Shown in pieces: positions 18,941 to 27,274 of a stretch of 64,000 bases of DNA. The position numbers and the translations under genes are program-made. The stretch lies in sequence record OR258281.1; one strand, 5' to 3'. Position 1 is the first letter of the stretch; each line of letters starts with the position of its first letter. Under the pieces are notes generated by a model that was given only the letters and a program-made list of their open reading frames with translations, was not told the origin of the DNA and did no database searches.

Positions 18941-19318
18941 ATGTCTGATACCAATAATAGTCCATATGATGATGATTTTAAGTCATTTCTAAAAGGACTA
19001 GATTCTTCATGTATTAGTGGCAAAATCATGATTGAACCTGGTGTATCTATTACTGCGATGATTTATTTCAGTAATGGTAATACTATTTTTGTTTCTCAAA
19101 TGATTACCAGAGTAGTAAGTTACAGGAATGCAAGTAGAGATCTTATTCTGTACACAGAAGAAGGCTTGGACGAGGATGATTTTTTTAATAAAAACATGCA
19201 AAGAGAAATCTCATGTATCATCAAGTCCAGTAGTATCAAAATGATACGTGATAAGATGAAACAGTACTTACAGTCTGAAATAAAAAACCTACAAGACTTA
19301 ATAGACCTACTATCATGA
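18941..19318 (+). CDS. DEFFN-motif family protein
   Basis: EDDFFNKNM. Confidence 0.65.
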   Translation: MSDTNNSPYDDDFKSFLKGLDSSCISGKIMIEPGVSITAMIYFSNGNTIFVSQMITRVVSYRNASRDLILYTEEGLDEDDFFNKNMQREISCIIKSSSIKMIRDKMKQYLQSEIKNLQDLIDLLS

Positions 19319-19698
19319 AAACTACGCAATGTATATTAGATAAACTATCTAGTGACGATTTTTCGCTTGAATTGAAAACTAAACCTAAACCTGGAGAAAC
19401 TGGAGTATATATCTGGTTTTTGATACACTATAAACAATATAGTTACCAATCATTTCTTAATTTAGGGAATTCTTTTTGGTTCAAAACGTTAAATGAAGGA
19501 ACTTTACTTGCTAAAAATGATAATAGTCCATTTCTTGAGACGGATGAGTACTTTAATCTCAATATCCTAAATCCAATTCCAGACTTCTTACTTAAAGATA
19601 ATTACTGTAAGATTTATTATCAAATAAAAGATAGATTAAAAAGCATATATAGGCATAGTTATAGATACGAAATTTTCATGAGAATTAACGGTGAATAG
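19315..19698 (+). CDS. DEFFN-motif family protein
   Basis: TDEYFNLNILNPIPDFLLK. Confidence 0.65.
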   Translation: MKTTQCILDKLSSDDFSLELKTKPKPGETGVYIWFLIHYKQYSYQSFLNLGNSFWFKTLNEGTLLAKNDNSPFLETDEYFNLNILNPIPDFLLKDNYCKIYYQIKDRLKSIYRHSYRYEIFMRINGE

Positions 19699-20038
19699 TA
19701 CTGATATAGTGATACAAAAAATAATAGATGGAGATTATACTATTACCAGAACTTATTCTGGATGTGAAGTAATATATGTTAAATATAATTCAAAAAATAG
19801 AGTTGAACTATGGCTAGAACATTCTCTTTCTATTACCACATTTAGTTCAAGCTATGCACAGTATCTTAGAACTAAAAAACTACCAGTTGATGGATTAAGT
19901 GCTGATGAGTACTTTAATATGTCGTTAGAGTTGGATGTACCGGATATTGTATTAAAAGATAATATTAAAAAAATTATCAATTCATTTAAAAATAATATTA
20001 ACCAATCTGCATATAGCATAGAGATAAAATTATGTTAA
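19691..20038 (+). CDS. DEFFN-motif family protein
   Basis: ADEYFNMSLELDVPDIVLK. Confidence 0.65.
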   Translation: MNSTDIVIQKIIDGDYTITRTYSGCEVIYVKYNSKNRVELWLEHSLSITTFSSSYAQYLRTKKLPVDGLSADEYFNMSLELDVPDIVLKDNIKKIINSFKNNINQSAYSIEIKLC

Positions 20039-20496
20039 GTACAGAAAACCTTTTAGATGTACTTCAAAAAAAGACTTACAACAAAATGATTTGTACTAAT
20101 TTTATTAGTACTATCAAAAAGTATTTTCGTAACAGAAAAGACTTTAAAAGAAAGAAATTCAGTATTTCTTATTCCTATAAAGTTGATAATGAAGATATAC
20201 GCATTTTCATTTCAGAAACAGGCGTTAAGTATTCTGTCTTCAATACCAACATTTCTAAATATCAGTCATTCAGTGGCTGTGTACCAAAATACTCATCTCA
20301 AGATTTTATGAATCCTGATGAGTATTTTAACAAAACAATTACTGAAGAATTTCCAGATATTGTTCTGAAGAAAAACCACGATAAAATTGTGGAGTTTTTC
20401 AAAACAAGTAAAATACGACATTTCTCCTGCATTGAAGATGTAGTAGATGAGTCATTCGATATGTTCAACAAATATTTGTACCCTAACTATCTCTAG
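20032..20496 (+). CDS. DEFFN-motif family protein
   Basis: PDEYFNKTITEEFPDIVLK. Confidence 0.65.
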   Translation: MLSTENLLDVLQKKTYNKMICTNFISTIKKYFRNRKDFKRKKFSISYSYKVDNEDIRIFISETGVKYSVFNTNISKYQSFSGCVPKYSSQDFMNPDEYFNKTITEEFPDIVLKKNHDKIVEFFKTSKIRHFSCIEDVVDESFDMFNKYLYPNYL

Positions 20497-20504
20497 GAGA
20501 TTAT

Positions 20505-20750
20505 ATGAAAGTTAAACTACTAAAATTTAAAGATGCAGTACAACGTGTATGGCGTGAAGAAAAGGCTGAGTTCAGTGTGCAGTACTTTGTACATCACCTT
20601 GTACGTGGTGTATTCGCTATGATCCTTATCTCGCTGCTGTTCTGGCTGGTTAATGCAGTACTTGGAACTGGTTTTGTTGCTATCTTAGTACAGATCCCAA
20701 TCCTTGCAGTGATCATGATTATTGTTGACCGTATCAAGTTCGAACTATGA
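20505..20750 (+). CDS. small membrane protein
   Basis: GGAG SD; two hydrophobic helices. Confidence 0.65.
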   Translation: MKVKLLKFKDAVQRVWREEKAEFSVQYFVHHLVRGVFAMILISLLFWLVNAVLGTGFVAILVQIPILAVIMIIVDRIKFEL

Positions 20751-20959
20751 GTAAATTTGTAAAGTACAAAGATTGCTGTGTAGTTAATATGGATCAAGTA
20801 TCATATTTCAATATTTTTACGAGATGTATTAGATTTTTCCATACTGACAGTGAAGATAATTTTACTGAATGGCGTGTATATTCAAAAGAAGAAGCAGAAT
20901 ACGTATATGAACTGCTACTGAATTTGACTAACACTGTAGTACTTAAAGATTTTAAATAA
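20747..20959 (+). CDS. hypothetical protein
   Basis: Overlapping start/stop coupling. Confidence 0.6.
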   Translation: MSKFVKYKDCCVVNMDQVSYFNIFTRCIRFFHTDSEDNFTEWRVYSKEEAEYVYELLLNLTNTVVLKDFK

Positions 20960-20976
20960 AAAGCAGTAAATTTTTT

Positions 20977-21005
20977 TGAAACGATTTTGAAAGATGTACT
21001 ATACT
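20977..21005 (+). promoter_or_regulatory. phage-type promoter TGAAAC-N17-TATACT (copy 2)
   Basis: Ends 10 nt before tRNA-Ser. Confidence 0.75.
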
Positions 21006-21015
21006 ATTAGTACTT

Positions 21016-21103
21016 GGAGAGTTGGGTGAGCGGCTTAAACCAACAGTCTACTAAATTGTCGCAGAGAAATCTGCCGTGGGTTCGAATCCCACACTCTCCG
21101 CCA
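21016..21103 (+). tRNA. trnS: tRNA-Ser, anticodon ACT
   Basis: GGAGAGT/ACTCTCC acceptor, anticodon arm ACAGT-CT-ACT-AA-ATTGT, long variable arm, TTCGAAT T-loop, GCCA end. Confidence 0.9.
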
Positions 21104-21170
21104 CATTTACTTGTCGTCTAATTTTATAATATAGTAGTAACAACAAAAAGCAGTTACGAGATATTATATA

Positions 21171-21226
21171 GGATACTACGTTCGAAATGCGTGGGGATGT
21201 AGGTGAGATTCCTACCGAGTATGCCA
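21171..21226 (+). pseudogene. tRNA-like remnant (T-arm, acceptor 3' strand and CCA)
   Basis: GTAGG-TGAGATT-CCTAC then CGAGTATGCCA; no D-arm. Confidence 0.3.
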
Positions 21227-21232
21227 AATTAA

Positions 21233-21302
21233 AGCCCATATAGGTAATGTGTTCGGCCTCTAAAACCAAAACACAAGAGTTCAAGTCTCTTATGGGTTAC
21301 CA
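21233..21302 (+). tRNA. degenerate tRNA, most likely CTA (amber) anticodon
   Basis: AGCCCAT/ATGGGTT acceptor, AAGAG-TTCAAGT-CTCTT T-arm, ACCA end, loop CT-CTA-AA; weak anticodon stem, no D-stem. Confidence 0.45.
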
Positions 21303-21349
21303 ATTCTAATGGAGAATAAATTATGAAATAGACCAAACCATCTTTAAAA

Positions 21350-21679
21350 ATGTTTCGCTGGGGTAACGATAAGTACTCACATTTAGGTTATAGAATTTTC
21401 ACACTTGCTTATTGTAAGAGATTCGACTTATATCTCTTTAAGTACAATGAAGGTTCGTTTATTCCTAAGCATAAAGATCCCTCTTTTGGGATGCGACACT
21501 ACCGACTTAATTTAGTACTAAAGAAGCCGGATAAAGGTGGAGAGTTTATTTGTAATAATAAAATCTTCTCTATATTCAATGATAGAATCATGCTCTTTAG
21601 AGCAGATACTGAGTACCATAAGATTACAAAAGTTGAAAAGGGTACTAGATGGCTACTGAGCCTCGGTATCAGACTATGA
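21350..21679 (+). CDS. 2OG-Fe(II) oxygenase
   Basis: HKD..GGEF..H...RW facial-triad pattern. Confidence 0.7.
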   Translation: MFRWGNDKYSHLGYRIFTLAYCKRFDLYLFKYNEGSFIPKHKDPSFGMRHYRLNLVLKKPDKGGEFICNNKIFSIFNDRIMLFRADTEYHKITKVEKGTRWLLSLGIRL

Positions 21680-21686
21680 GGTACTT

Positions 21687-21911
21687 ATGGCAAAGACTTA
21701 TAAACCTGAAGTTCACTCCGAATATGAAACGTATTGGGGTGAAGAAAGTGTTTACCATTCAGCACGAATGGTCTACGATAAGCACGGAAAATATGTGACT
21801 TTAGACTCACATTTGAGTACTGTTAATACTCTAATCAGAGTACAGAATAAAAACAGAAAATTCAAAGAAGAAATTGAACGTCTTAAAGAAGAAATTAAGA
21901 AACTAAAATGA
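21687..21911 (+). CDS. hypothetical protein
   Basis: GAGG SD; coiled-coil tail. Confidence 0.6.
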   Translation: MAKTYKPEVHSEYETYWGEESVYHSARMVYDKHGKYVTLDSHLSTVNTLIRVQNKNRKFKEEIERLKEEIKKLK

Positions 21912-22372
21912 AAAACTCAGTGACTGAATATTTGAAGTTAATAATGCGTTATCTTAAAGTTGATACGTTTGAAGATATTACTGATTATAATTACCGTCAT
22001 CAAACTGAATTTAAATTTGAATCAAAAAGAAAGTTTTTACTACAGAAATATATTTCTTCTAGATATAAAAAAGATGAACCAATTGTACCACTGATTTATA
22101 GTTTGTATTATAATGGTTTCTTTATTACCTATAGAACGGTCACAAAGAACTTAGAATTCAGAATGCATCAATTTCAAAAAGGTTCTATCACAGTAGATAT
22201 ACCACTTGATATCGATTCTAAAGATGAATTCTTCAATTTTGCACTTGAAAATAACATTGGTTATTTAAAGCTTGAAGACTTAGATATACTCCGTGAAATT
22301 GTAGAAATTATTAAAATAACTACTAAAAGTGGTGGATATTCGGATAAACTTTATGCAAATCAAAACAATTGA
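21908..22372 (+). CDS. DEFFN-motif family protein
   Basis: KDEFFNFALEN. Confidence 0.65.
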   Translation: MKNSVTEYLKLIMRYLKVDTFEDITDYNYRHQTEFKFESKRKFLLQKYISSRYKKDEPIVPLIYSLYYNGFFITYRTVTKNLEFRMHQFQKGSITVDIPLDIDSKDEFFNFALENNIGYLKLEDLDILREIVEIIKITTKSGGYSDKLYANQNN

Positions 22373-22796
22373 AACGCATCTCAGGTTAATGAAGTACTAT
22401 CTGAAAAATGATAATATGTGTAAACATTCAGATGATTCTGACATTACTGATTATCCCACACTTGAGTTTAAATCTGAGAGGATAAGTCTTAGCACTCAAG
22501 TATGTAATAGAATTGATAATACATACAGTACTTTAATTGAAGTACGTTATGGTACTGTAATGATAATGTTCGGTACTGAGTACTATAACACGGGTTATAT
22601 GTATGTACATAATAAACCTTTTTCGAAGGAAAACAGTTTATTAACTGTACCACGTGGTATTGAAACTATTGATGACTTCTTCAATTACATATTAGTACAC
22701 GATACGCCTTATTTTGAATATGATATAATTCCAGTACTGAATGAAATTGTTGTTTTGGTAACTGAATTTTTGAAATTGAAGTGTAAGTATTTTTAG
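22353..22796 (+). CDS. DEFFN-motif family protein
   Basis: IDDFFNYILVH; N-terminus resembles neighbours (LRLMKYYL / LKLIMRYL / LKLMLHFL). Confidence 0.65.
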   Translation: MQIKTIETHLRLMKYYLKNDNMCKHSDDSDITDYPTLEFKSERISLSTQVCNRIDNTYSTLIEVRYGTVMIMFGTEYYNTGYMYVHNKPFSKENSLLTVPRGIETIDDFFNYILVHDTPYFEYDIIPVLNEIVVLVTEFLKLKCKYF

Positions 22797-22802
22797 GTAC
22801 TT

Positions 22803-23225
22803 ATGAAAAAATCTATTGGGTCTTGTCTCAAATTAATGTTACATTTTTTGCAAAAAGATGAACTTATTACAGACAATGATAAAAAACATAGTATAAGTTC
22901 ATACATAGCAGAATTAAAGTCTGAAAGGCTTGATGTATTAATATCAGGCCACACCGGTACTATAAGTACAAGTACATTATTGTATGTGCATTACAATGAT
23001 ACAAAAATATATATCAAGAACAGTAAAGTTTATATTGCTACGAAAAAGTTTGGTGACGAAGCCAGAAGTTTTTCTGCACCAATCGAAATTGCGGATAAAG
23101 GTGAATTTTTTAATTATGTATTAGAAAATGATGTTGATTGTCTAAAATTTGAAGACCTTGATACTGTTAGATCTATCCTTGATGTTTTAAGTGAAAAACG
23201 TTCAAATTTGTTTAAAAAAACGTGA
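22803..23225 (+). CDS. DEFFN-motif family protein
   Basis: KGEFFNYVLEN. Confidence 0.65.
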   Translation: MKKSIGSCLKLMLHFLQKDELITDNDKKHSISSYIAELKSERLDVLISGHTGTISTSTLLYVHYNDTKIYIKNSKVYIATKKFGDEARSFSAPIEIADKGEFFNYVLENDVDCLKFEDLDTVRSILDVLSEKRSNLFKKT

Positions 23226-23251
23226 AACGTTTTCGAAATATGTTCTATACT
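23223..23251 (+). promoter_or_regulatory. phage-type promoter TGAAAC-N17-TATACT (copy 3)
   Basis: Precedes a structured RNA and tRNA cluster. Confidence 0.75.
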
Positions 23252-23287
23252 ATAGATACAAAGATTGATTAGCAATTAAAACTTTTT

Positions 23288-23506
23288 AAGTACTCAACCT
23301 GCTCTCATTTATAGTTGAGTACTTCTTTTAAAGTTAACTTTAAGATGAATACTCATTTATCACCTTACTCTCGTTGATAATAAAAGTAAGCAGGATAACC
23401 CCTCAGTTAAAGCTGTCCTGCTACTTTCATCTTAAAGTTAATTTGATAACTAAAGAAAAGAAAGTACGTGAGTAACCAAAGTAGGTTAACTACGCTCTTG
23501 TACTTT
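23288..23506 (+). ncRNA. candidate structured RNA in the tRNA-operon leader
   Basis: 11-bp and 16-bp perfect stems with nested hairpins. Confidence 0.5.
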
Positions 23507-23513
23507 TGTATTT

Positions 23514-23589
23514 GCTTCCTTAGCACAGCAGGTAGTGCAACGCACTTGTAATGCGTAGGTCGGCGGTTCGATTCCGTCAGGGAGCACCA
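23514..23589 (+). tRNA. trnT: tRNA-Thr(TGT)
   Basis: ACGCA-CT-TGT-AA-TGCGT arm; full cloverleaf; CCA. Confidence 0.95.
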
Positions 23590-23596
23590 AGATAAA

Positions 23597-23672
23597 TGCT
23601 CGTTAGCTCAGTAGGTAGAGCAGTTGACTGTTAATCAATTGGTCACAGGTTCAAGTCCTGTACGAGCAGCCA
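23597..23672 (+). tRNA. trnN: tRNA-Asn(GTT)
   Basis: GTTGA-CT-GTT-AA-TCAAT arm; full cloverleaf; CCA. Confidence 0.95.
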
Positions 23673-23677
23673 TATAT

Positions 23678-23768
23678 TATAACTAGACTCTGGTTGAATG
23701 TAAGTAGGGTTGAGTAGGCGTACTCAATGTGGATTCCGATACTGGAGTAACGCATATTTCTAGTTATA
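23678..23768 (+). ncRNA. candidate small structured RNA between tRNAs
   Basis: TATAACTAGA/TCTAGTTATA closing stem with inner CTCTGGT/ACTGGAG and TTGAGTA/TACTCAA stems. Confidence 0.45.
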
Positions 23769-23769
23769 T

Positions 23770-23846
23770 GGGGTTGTAGCTCAGTTGGTTAGAGCACTTG
23801 ATTGAAAATCAGGGTGTCAGTGGTTCAAATCCACTCTTCCCCACCA
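23770..23846 (+). tRNA. trnF: tRNA-Phe(GAA)
   Basis: CTTGA-TT-GAA-AA-TCAGG arm; CCA; two T-T mismatches in the acceptor. Confidence 0.88.
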
Positions 23847-23864
23847 CATTAAAAGTACTGAAAT

Positions 23865-24095
23865 ATGAATAATTCAGAGATACGTCAATATCGAATTACT
23901 ATGGTTATGTACTTTACCCAACAAGAACGGTTCTATGATTTATATATCAATGATCGTCTGAAGTTATGTACTGAAGCAATGTTTTTTATAGAATTGCTTT
24001 ATTCTAACGAAATTGATAATACTGATTTCAAACTATACAATGATGGAATCAATATTTGTAATAACATTTATCAAAATCTGAAATCAAGTCTATGA
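23865..24095 (+). CDS. hypothetical protein
   Basis: 76-aa ORF chained to the next gene. Confidence 0.55.
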   Translation: MNNSEIRQYRITMVMYFTQQERFYDLYINDRLKLCTEAMFFIELLYSNEIDNTDFKLYNDGINICNNIYQNLKSSL

Positions 24096-24487
24096 TTAAC
24101 ATAGAGTTACTAGATAAAATCGATAGCTTTTTGAGTACTACAACTCGTAAAGATTTCAACGCCAGTCATGATTATATTGGTGCATTAAAGTACTCTCGTG
24201 ATATAGAGAATGCATCTGTCGAGTTGTGGTTAACTATACAAGGCCATATATATACTTTTATGATTGTTAGTAGTGATCAGTATACTTATCTATCACAACT
24301 AACTAGTGAAATCATAGTATGTAATTATAATAAAGCCATTAGCTTTAATATGGATAATATAGAGTCTGATGATGACATATTCAATATGTCCTTATTAGAA
24401 GATGTTCAAGGTATTACAGTTGAAGTACTAAACAAAATAAAACAATTGCAAGATAAAACAATCAAAATTATTGAGGATTATACATGA
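24092..24487 (+). CDS. DEFFN-motif family protein
   Basis: DDDIFNMSLL. Confidence 0.65.
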   Translation: MINIELLDKIDSFLSTTTRKDFNASHDYIGALKYSRDIENASVELWLTIQGHIYTFMIVSSDQYTYLSQLTSEIIVCNYNKAISFNMDNIESDDDIFNMSLLEDVQGITVEVLNKIKQLQDKTIKIIEDYT

Positions 24488-25113
24488 CTACAATTACTCT
24501 TACTCACGCATTAGTAGAAATCAAGAAACTAGATCAACAGATTCAACGTGCTTCAATGCAAGCATTTGTTGGCTTCACTACTGGTGAGGGCGTGTGGGAG
24601 AAACCTTCTGATCGCAAGTACACTGACAAGAACCAAGCAGCGTCAGCGTATAAATCGGCACTGGATTCTGTACAGGATCTGATTACCCGCCGTACTGCAA
24701 TCAAAGGTGCAATCGTCAAAGCAAACGCTGTTACCTTAGTAAAAGTAGCTGACGTTGAAATGACAATTGCAGAAGCAATTGAGCGTAAGAATAGCATTTC
24801 GTTTAAGCAGTTCCTGCTTGACAGTCTTCGTCGTCAGCAGGCAGAAGCAGTTAATTCTGTTACTCGCCTGGAAGCACAGATGCAGACTGAAATTACCAAA
24901 AGCCGCAACGAACTTGCAGCCGCTGGTAAGTCTGATGAAGCTAAACTTGAACAAAGTTCAGCAGATATTAAAAAGAAAGCACTACCAGTACTGAATGATC
25001 CAAACGGCATTCAGGCTGTAATTGAAGCACTGGAAAAAGAGATCGAAGATTTCGTTTCCAATGTGGATGTAGTACTTTCAGTAGCTAACGCTACAACTAC
25101 TATTGAAGTTTAA
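24484..25113 (+). CDS. coiled-coil protein, possibly DIP1984-like
   Basis: HALVEIKKLDQQI N-terminus and VDVVLSVANATTTIEV C-terminus; GAGG SD. Confidence 0.65.
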   Translation: MTTITLTHALVEIKKLDQQIQRASMQAFVGFTTGEGVWEKPSDRKYTDKNQAASAYKSALDSVQDLITRRTAIKGAIVKANAVTLVKVADVEMTIAEAIERKNSISFKQFLLDSLRRQQAEAVNSVTRLEAQMQTEITKSRNELAAAGKSDEAKLEQSSADIKKKALPVLNDPNGIQAVIEALEKEIEDFVSNVDVVLSVANATTTIEV

Positions 25114-25148
25114 TAGTAAATAGTTCGGCACAATGTGCCGAATTAATT

Positions 25149-25485
25149 AAGTACTCTATCGTCTTTACTGATAAGCCAAACAATTGCAGTTCTGTCTTTC
25201 CAGCGGAACTAAAACTTCTGGAGAACTAATCGGATGATTAATTACACTTTTATGTAAATCAAAACATGTGCGACTTTGGCGGTATTAGTCCTGACCATTA
25301 AACCGCCATAACGATCAACATTGAAGCGATTAACTCTGAAAAGTTTAACGATTGATACATTAAAAGCTAAACGCTAGATAAGCTCAATGCACTTAATGAT
25401 ATTCAAAATCCTTGATTAACGGGAACGATGTTTGCAATTTTGATCTAGGCTTACGACAAGGCTGGTAAACGGGGTTAGAGTACTT
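25149..25485 (+). ncRNA. candidate structured RNA of about 337 nt
   Basis: Perfect long-range stem AAGTACTCTA/TAGAGTACTT; internal hairpins; no ORF; terminator follows. Confidence 0.55.
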
Positions 25486-25503
25486 TACTAATTCGGTCCA
25501 AAT

Positions 25504-25530
25504 AAAGCACCTTCAACGGGTGCTTTTTTA
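25504..25530 (+). terminator. intrinsic terminator
   Basis: AAAGCACC/GGTGCTTT plus T tract. Confidence 0.75.
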
Positions 25531-25557
25531 TTGTCTTCTTTATTTTTAGATGGTACT

Positions 25558-25770
25558 ATGTACAGTGAACAACAAATCTATCGAGTTCAATCTCACTTTA
25601 ACACCTATGGCTTTGAAGCAACCATTCTCGTTGCGATATATCATGGCGTTACAGATCCAGTTGAACTTACAAGAATCCTTTTAGATGCAGCAGTCTTTGA
25701 CTCTTCAATCAAAGACAATATCAGTATTGAAAAAGTAACTGATAGCATCAAAAAGTACACTAAATCATAG
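25558..25770 (+). CDS. hypothetical protein
   Basis: ATG 25558 after the terminator. Confidence 0.55.
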   Translation: MYSEQQIYRVQSHFNTYGFEATILVAIYHGVTDPVELTRILLDAAVFDSSIKDNISIEKVTDSIKKYTKS

Positions 25771-25780
25771 GGTAATTAAA

Positions 25781-26191
25781 ATGGATAAACCACAGTACTC
25801 TTGTTACATAGTACTCCGAAAAGACTTAGATATGCCTGTTGGTAAGTTCTCTGCACAAGTAGGACACGCAGTAGGTAAAATCTTTGAGTACTACATGACA
25901 CAAAAAGAACATCACCGAAATACCGATGATGAAGAACTTCTTTCACGTGTCAGTACTTTTGAGAACTGGAACAAAGAAGGTGGCGGTCACGGTGGTAAGA
26001 AAGTAATTCTTAAAGCCGATACTGAACTTAAACTTGAAAATCTTCGTAAGAAACTTAACGAAGACAATGTTAAGTACTTCGATATTTTCGATTACGGATA
26101 TAACTTCTTTGACGGTTTAACTTGTACTGGATTAGTACTTTATCCACGTCAGGAAGAACTAAAATACATTAAACGCTTACAGTGTTGGTGA
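25781..26191 (+). CDS. pth2: peptidyl-tRNA hydrolase, Pth2 family
   Basis: IVLRKDLDMPVGKFSAQVGHAV..KKVILK..D.G..T signature. Confidence 0.85.
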   Translation: MDKPQYSCYIVLRKDLDMPVGKFSAQVGHAVGKIFEYYMTQKEHHRNTDDEELLSRVSTFENWNKEGGGHGGKKVILKADTELKLENLRKKLNEDNVKYFDIFDYGYNFFDGLTCTGLVLYPRQEELKYIKRLQCW

Positions 26192-26194
26192 TAT

Positions 26195-26482
26195 ATGAGT
26201 AAAAGTAAATTAGATACTACCCCAACGATTGTATTACATCGTTATCGTGAAAGCTTACGTGCTAAAGTTAAATCAGTACGTGAAGATATTAAAATCTGGA
26301 AAGATACATCAAATCCTTATATTACAGAAGTACTGGAATTCAGAAAACAGATTGCCAGCACTGAAGTACTAATCACTATTTGTGATGAACTACTTAAGAA
26401 TATGGGTTGTATCGATCCTAAACGTGATGAACTTATTAATAAGTTCCTGATTGGTACTGGATATTATGTTGAAGAAAATTGA
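26195..26482 (+). CDS. hypothetical protein
   Basis: 95 aa; chained. Confidence 0.6.
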   Translation: MSKSKLDTTPTIVLHRYRESLRAKVKSVREDIKIWKDTSNPYITEVLEFRKQIASTEVLITICDELLKNMGCIDPKRDELINKFLIGTGYYVEEN

Positions 26483-26696
26483 TGATGCTGTTGTACAGGT
26501 AAAATGTAAAGGTAATTATAAGTTCCTGGACTTGTATGTGTTTGATAAAGAAGTTTATGCTAAACTTGGAAGTTCCTATATCAAGATCATGAGTTCTAAT
26601 CTTACGAGTAATTCATCTTATCGTTGGGTGAAACTCTACAACATCAATGAAAGCTATAGCAAATGTGTGCTTATCTACGATGAACCATCAAGGTGA
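26466..26696 (+). CDS. hypothetical protein
   Basis: Chained ORF. Confidence 0.55.
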   Translation: MLKKIDDAVVQVKCKGNYKFLDLYVFDKEVYAKLGSSYIKIMSSNLTSNSSYRWVKLYNINESYSKCVLIYDEPSR

Positions 26697-26700
26697 CTGT

Positions 26701-27042
26701 ATGACTCCTAAGCAGGCTTTAGAGAACGCAATTGATGCAGTGCATGGTTCGGACATTGAGAGCGTATATGTTCGCAACACGCTCCAGACGCTGCTTAAAT
26801 CGCTGTCCGTAGAGTACTCGTACTATATGTACCGTTTTACGACAAGCTCAGGTCAGAGTTCCTGGCAGTACATCAAGTACTCAAAACAGGCTAAACCTTT
26901 GTCAGATCCAGATACCCATGAAGAAATAAAGGAATGGATCTTAGAACAGTCGGAAAACGCTTGGTTTGAGTATGCCGCAAGCGGTAGTATAGAAATTAAT
27001 GAATGTACAAAAGAATTTTTTCAACTCCAGAACCAATTTTAA
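26701..27042 (+). CDS. hypothetical protein
   Basis: AAGGTG SD before ATG 26701. Confidence 0.6.
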   Translation: MTPKQALENAIDAVHGSDIESVYVRNTLQTLLKSLSVEYSYYMYRFTTSSGQSSWQYIKYSKQAKPLSDPDTHEEIKEWILEQSENAWFEYAASGSIEINECTKEFFQLQNQF

Positions 27043-27233
27043 TACCTTTTAACGTTTTATTAACACCTAAGTACCTGATTTAGATACTAATTTTGTAGGC
27101 TTATGATTCTAATGAGGTACTTTGTAAATGTTTTAGGTTCGATTGTTTCATGAAGTGATTATAACCGATAAACCTGTTAAAAAACATAGACTTAAAACTT
27201 TAAAAAAGTTTTTGAAAATCTTTCCAAATCGCA

Positions 27234-27262
27234 TTGACAGATAAATCCGATTTATACATAAT
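27234..27262 (+). promoter_or_regulatory. sigma70-type promoter
   Basis: TTGACA-N17-CATAAT after an A/T-rich UP-like tract. Confidence 0.7.
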
Positions 27263-27274
27263 GGCACTCACAGG

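Noticed and set aside
21257-21263. Arg(TCT) reading of the degenerate tRNA
   Set aside because: That register gives almost no anticodon-stem pairing and a non-canonical loop; an intact tRNA-Arg(TCT) exists at 41087.
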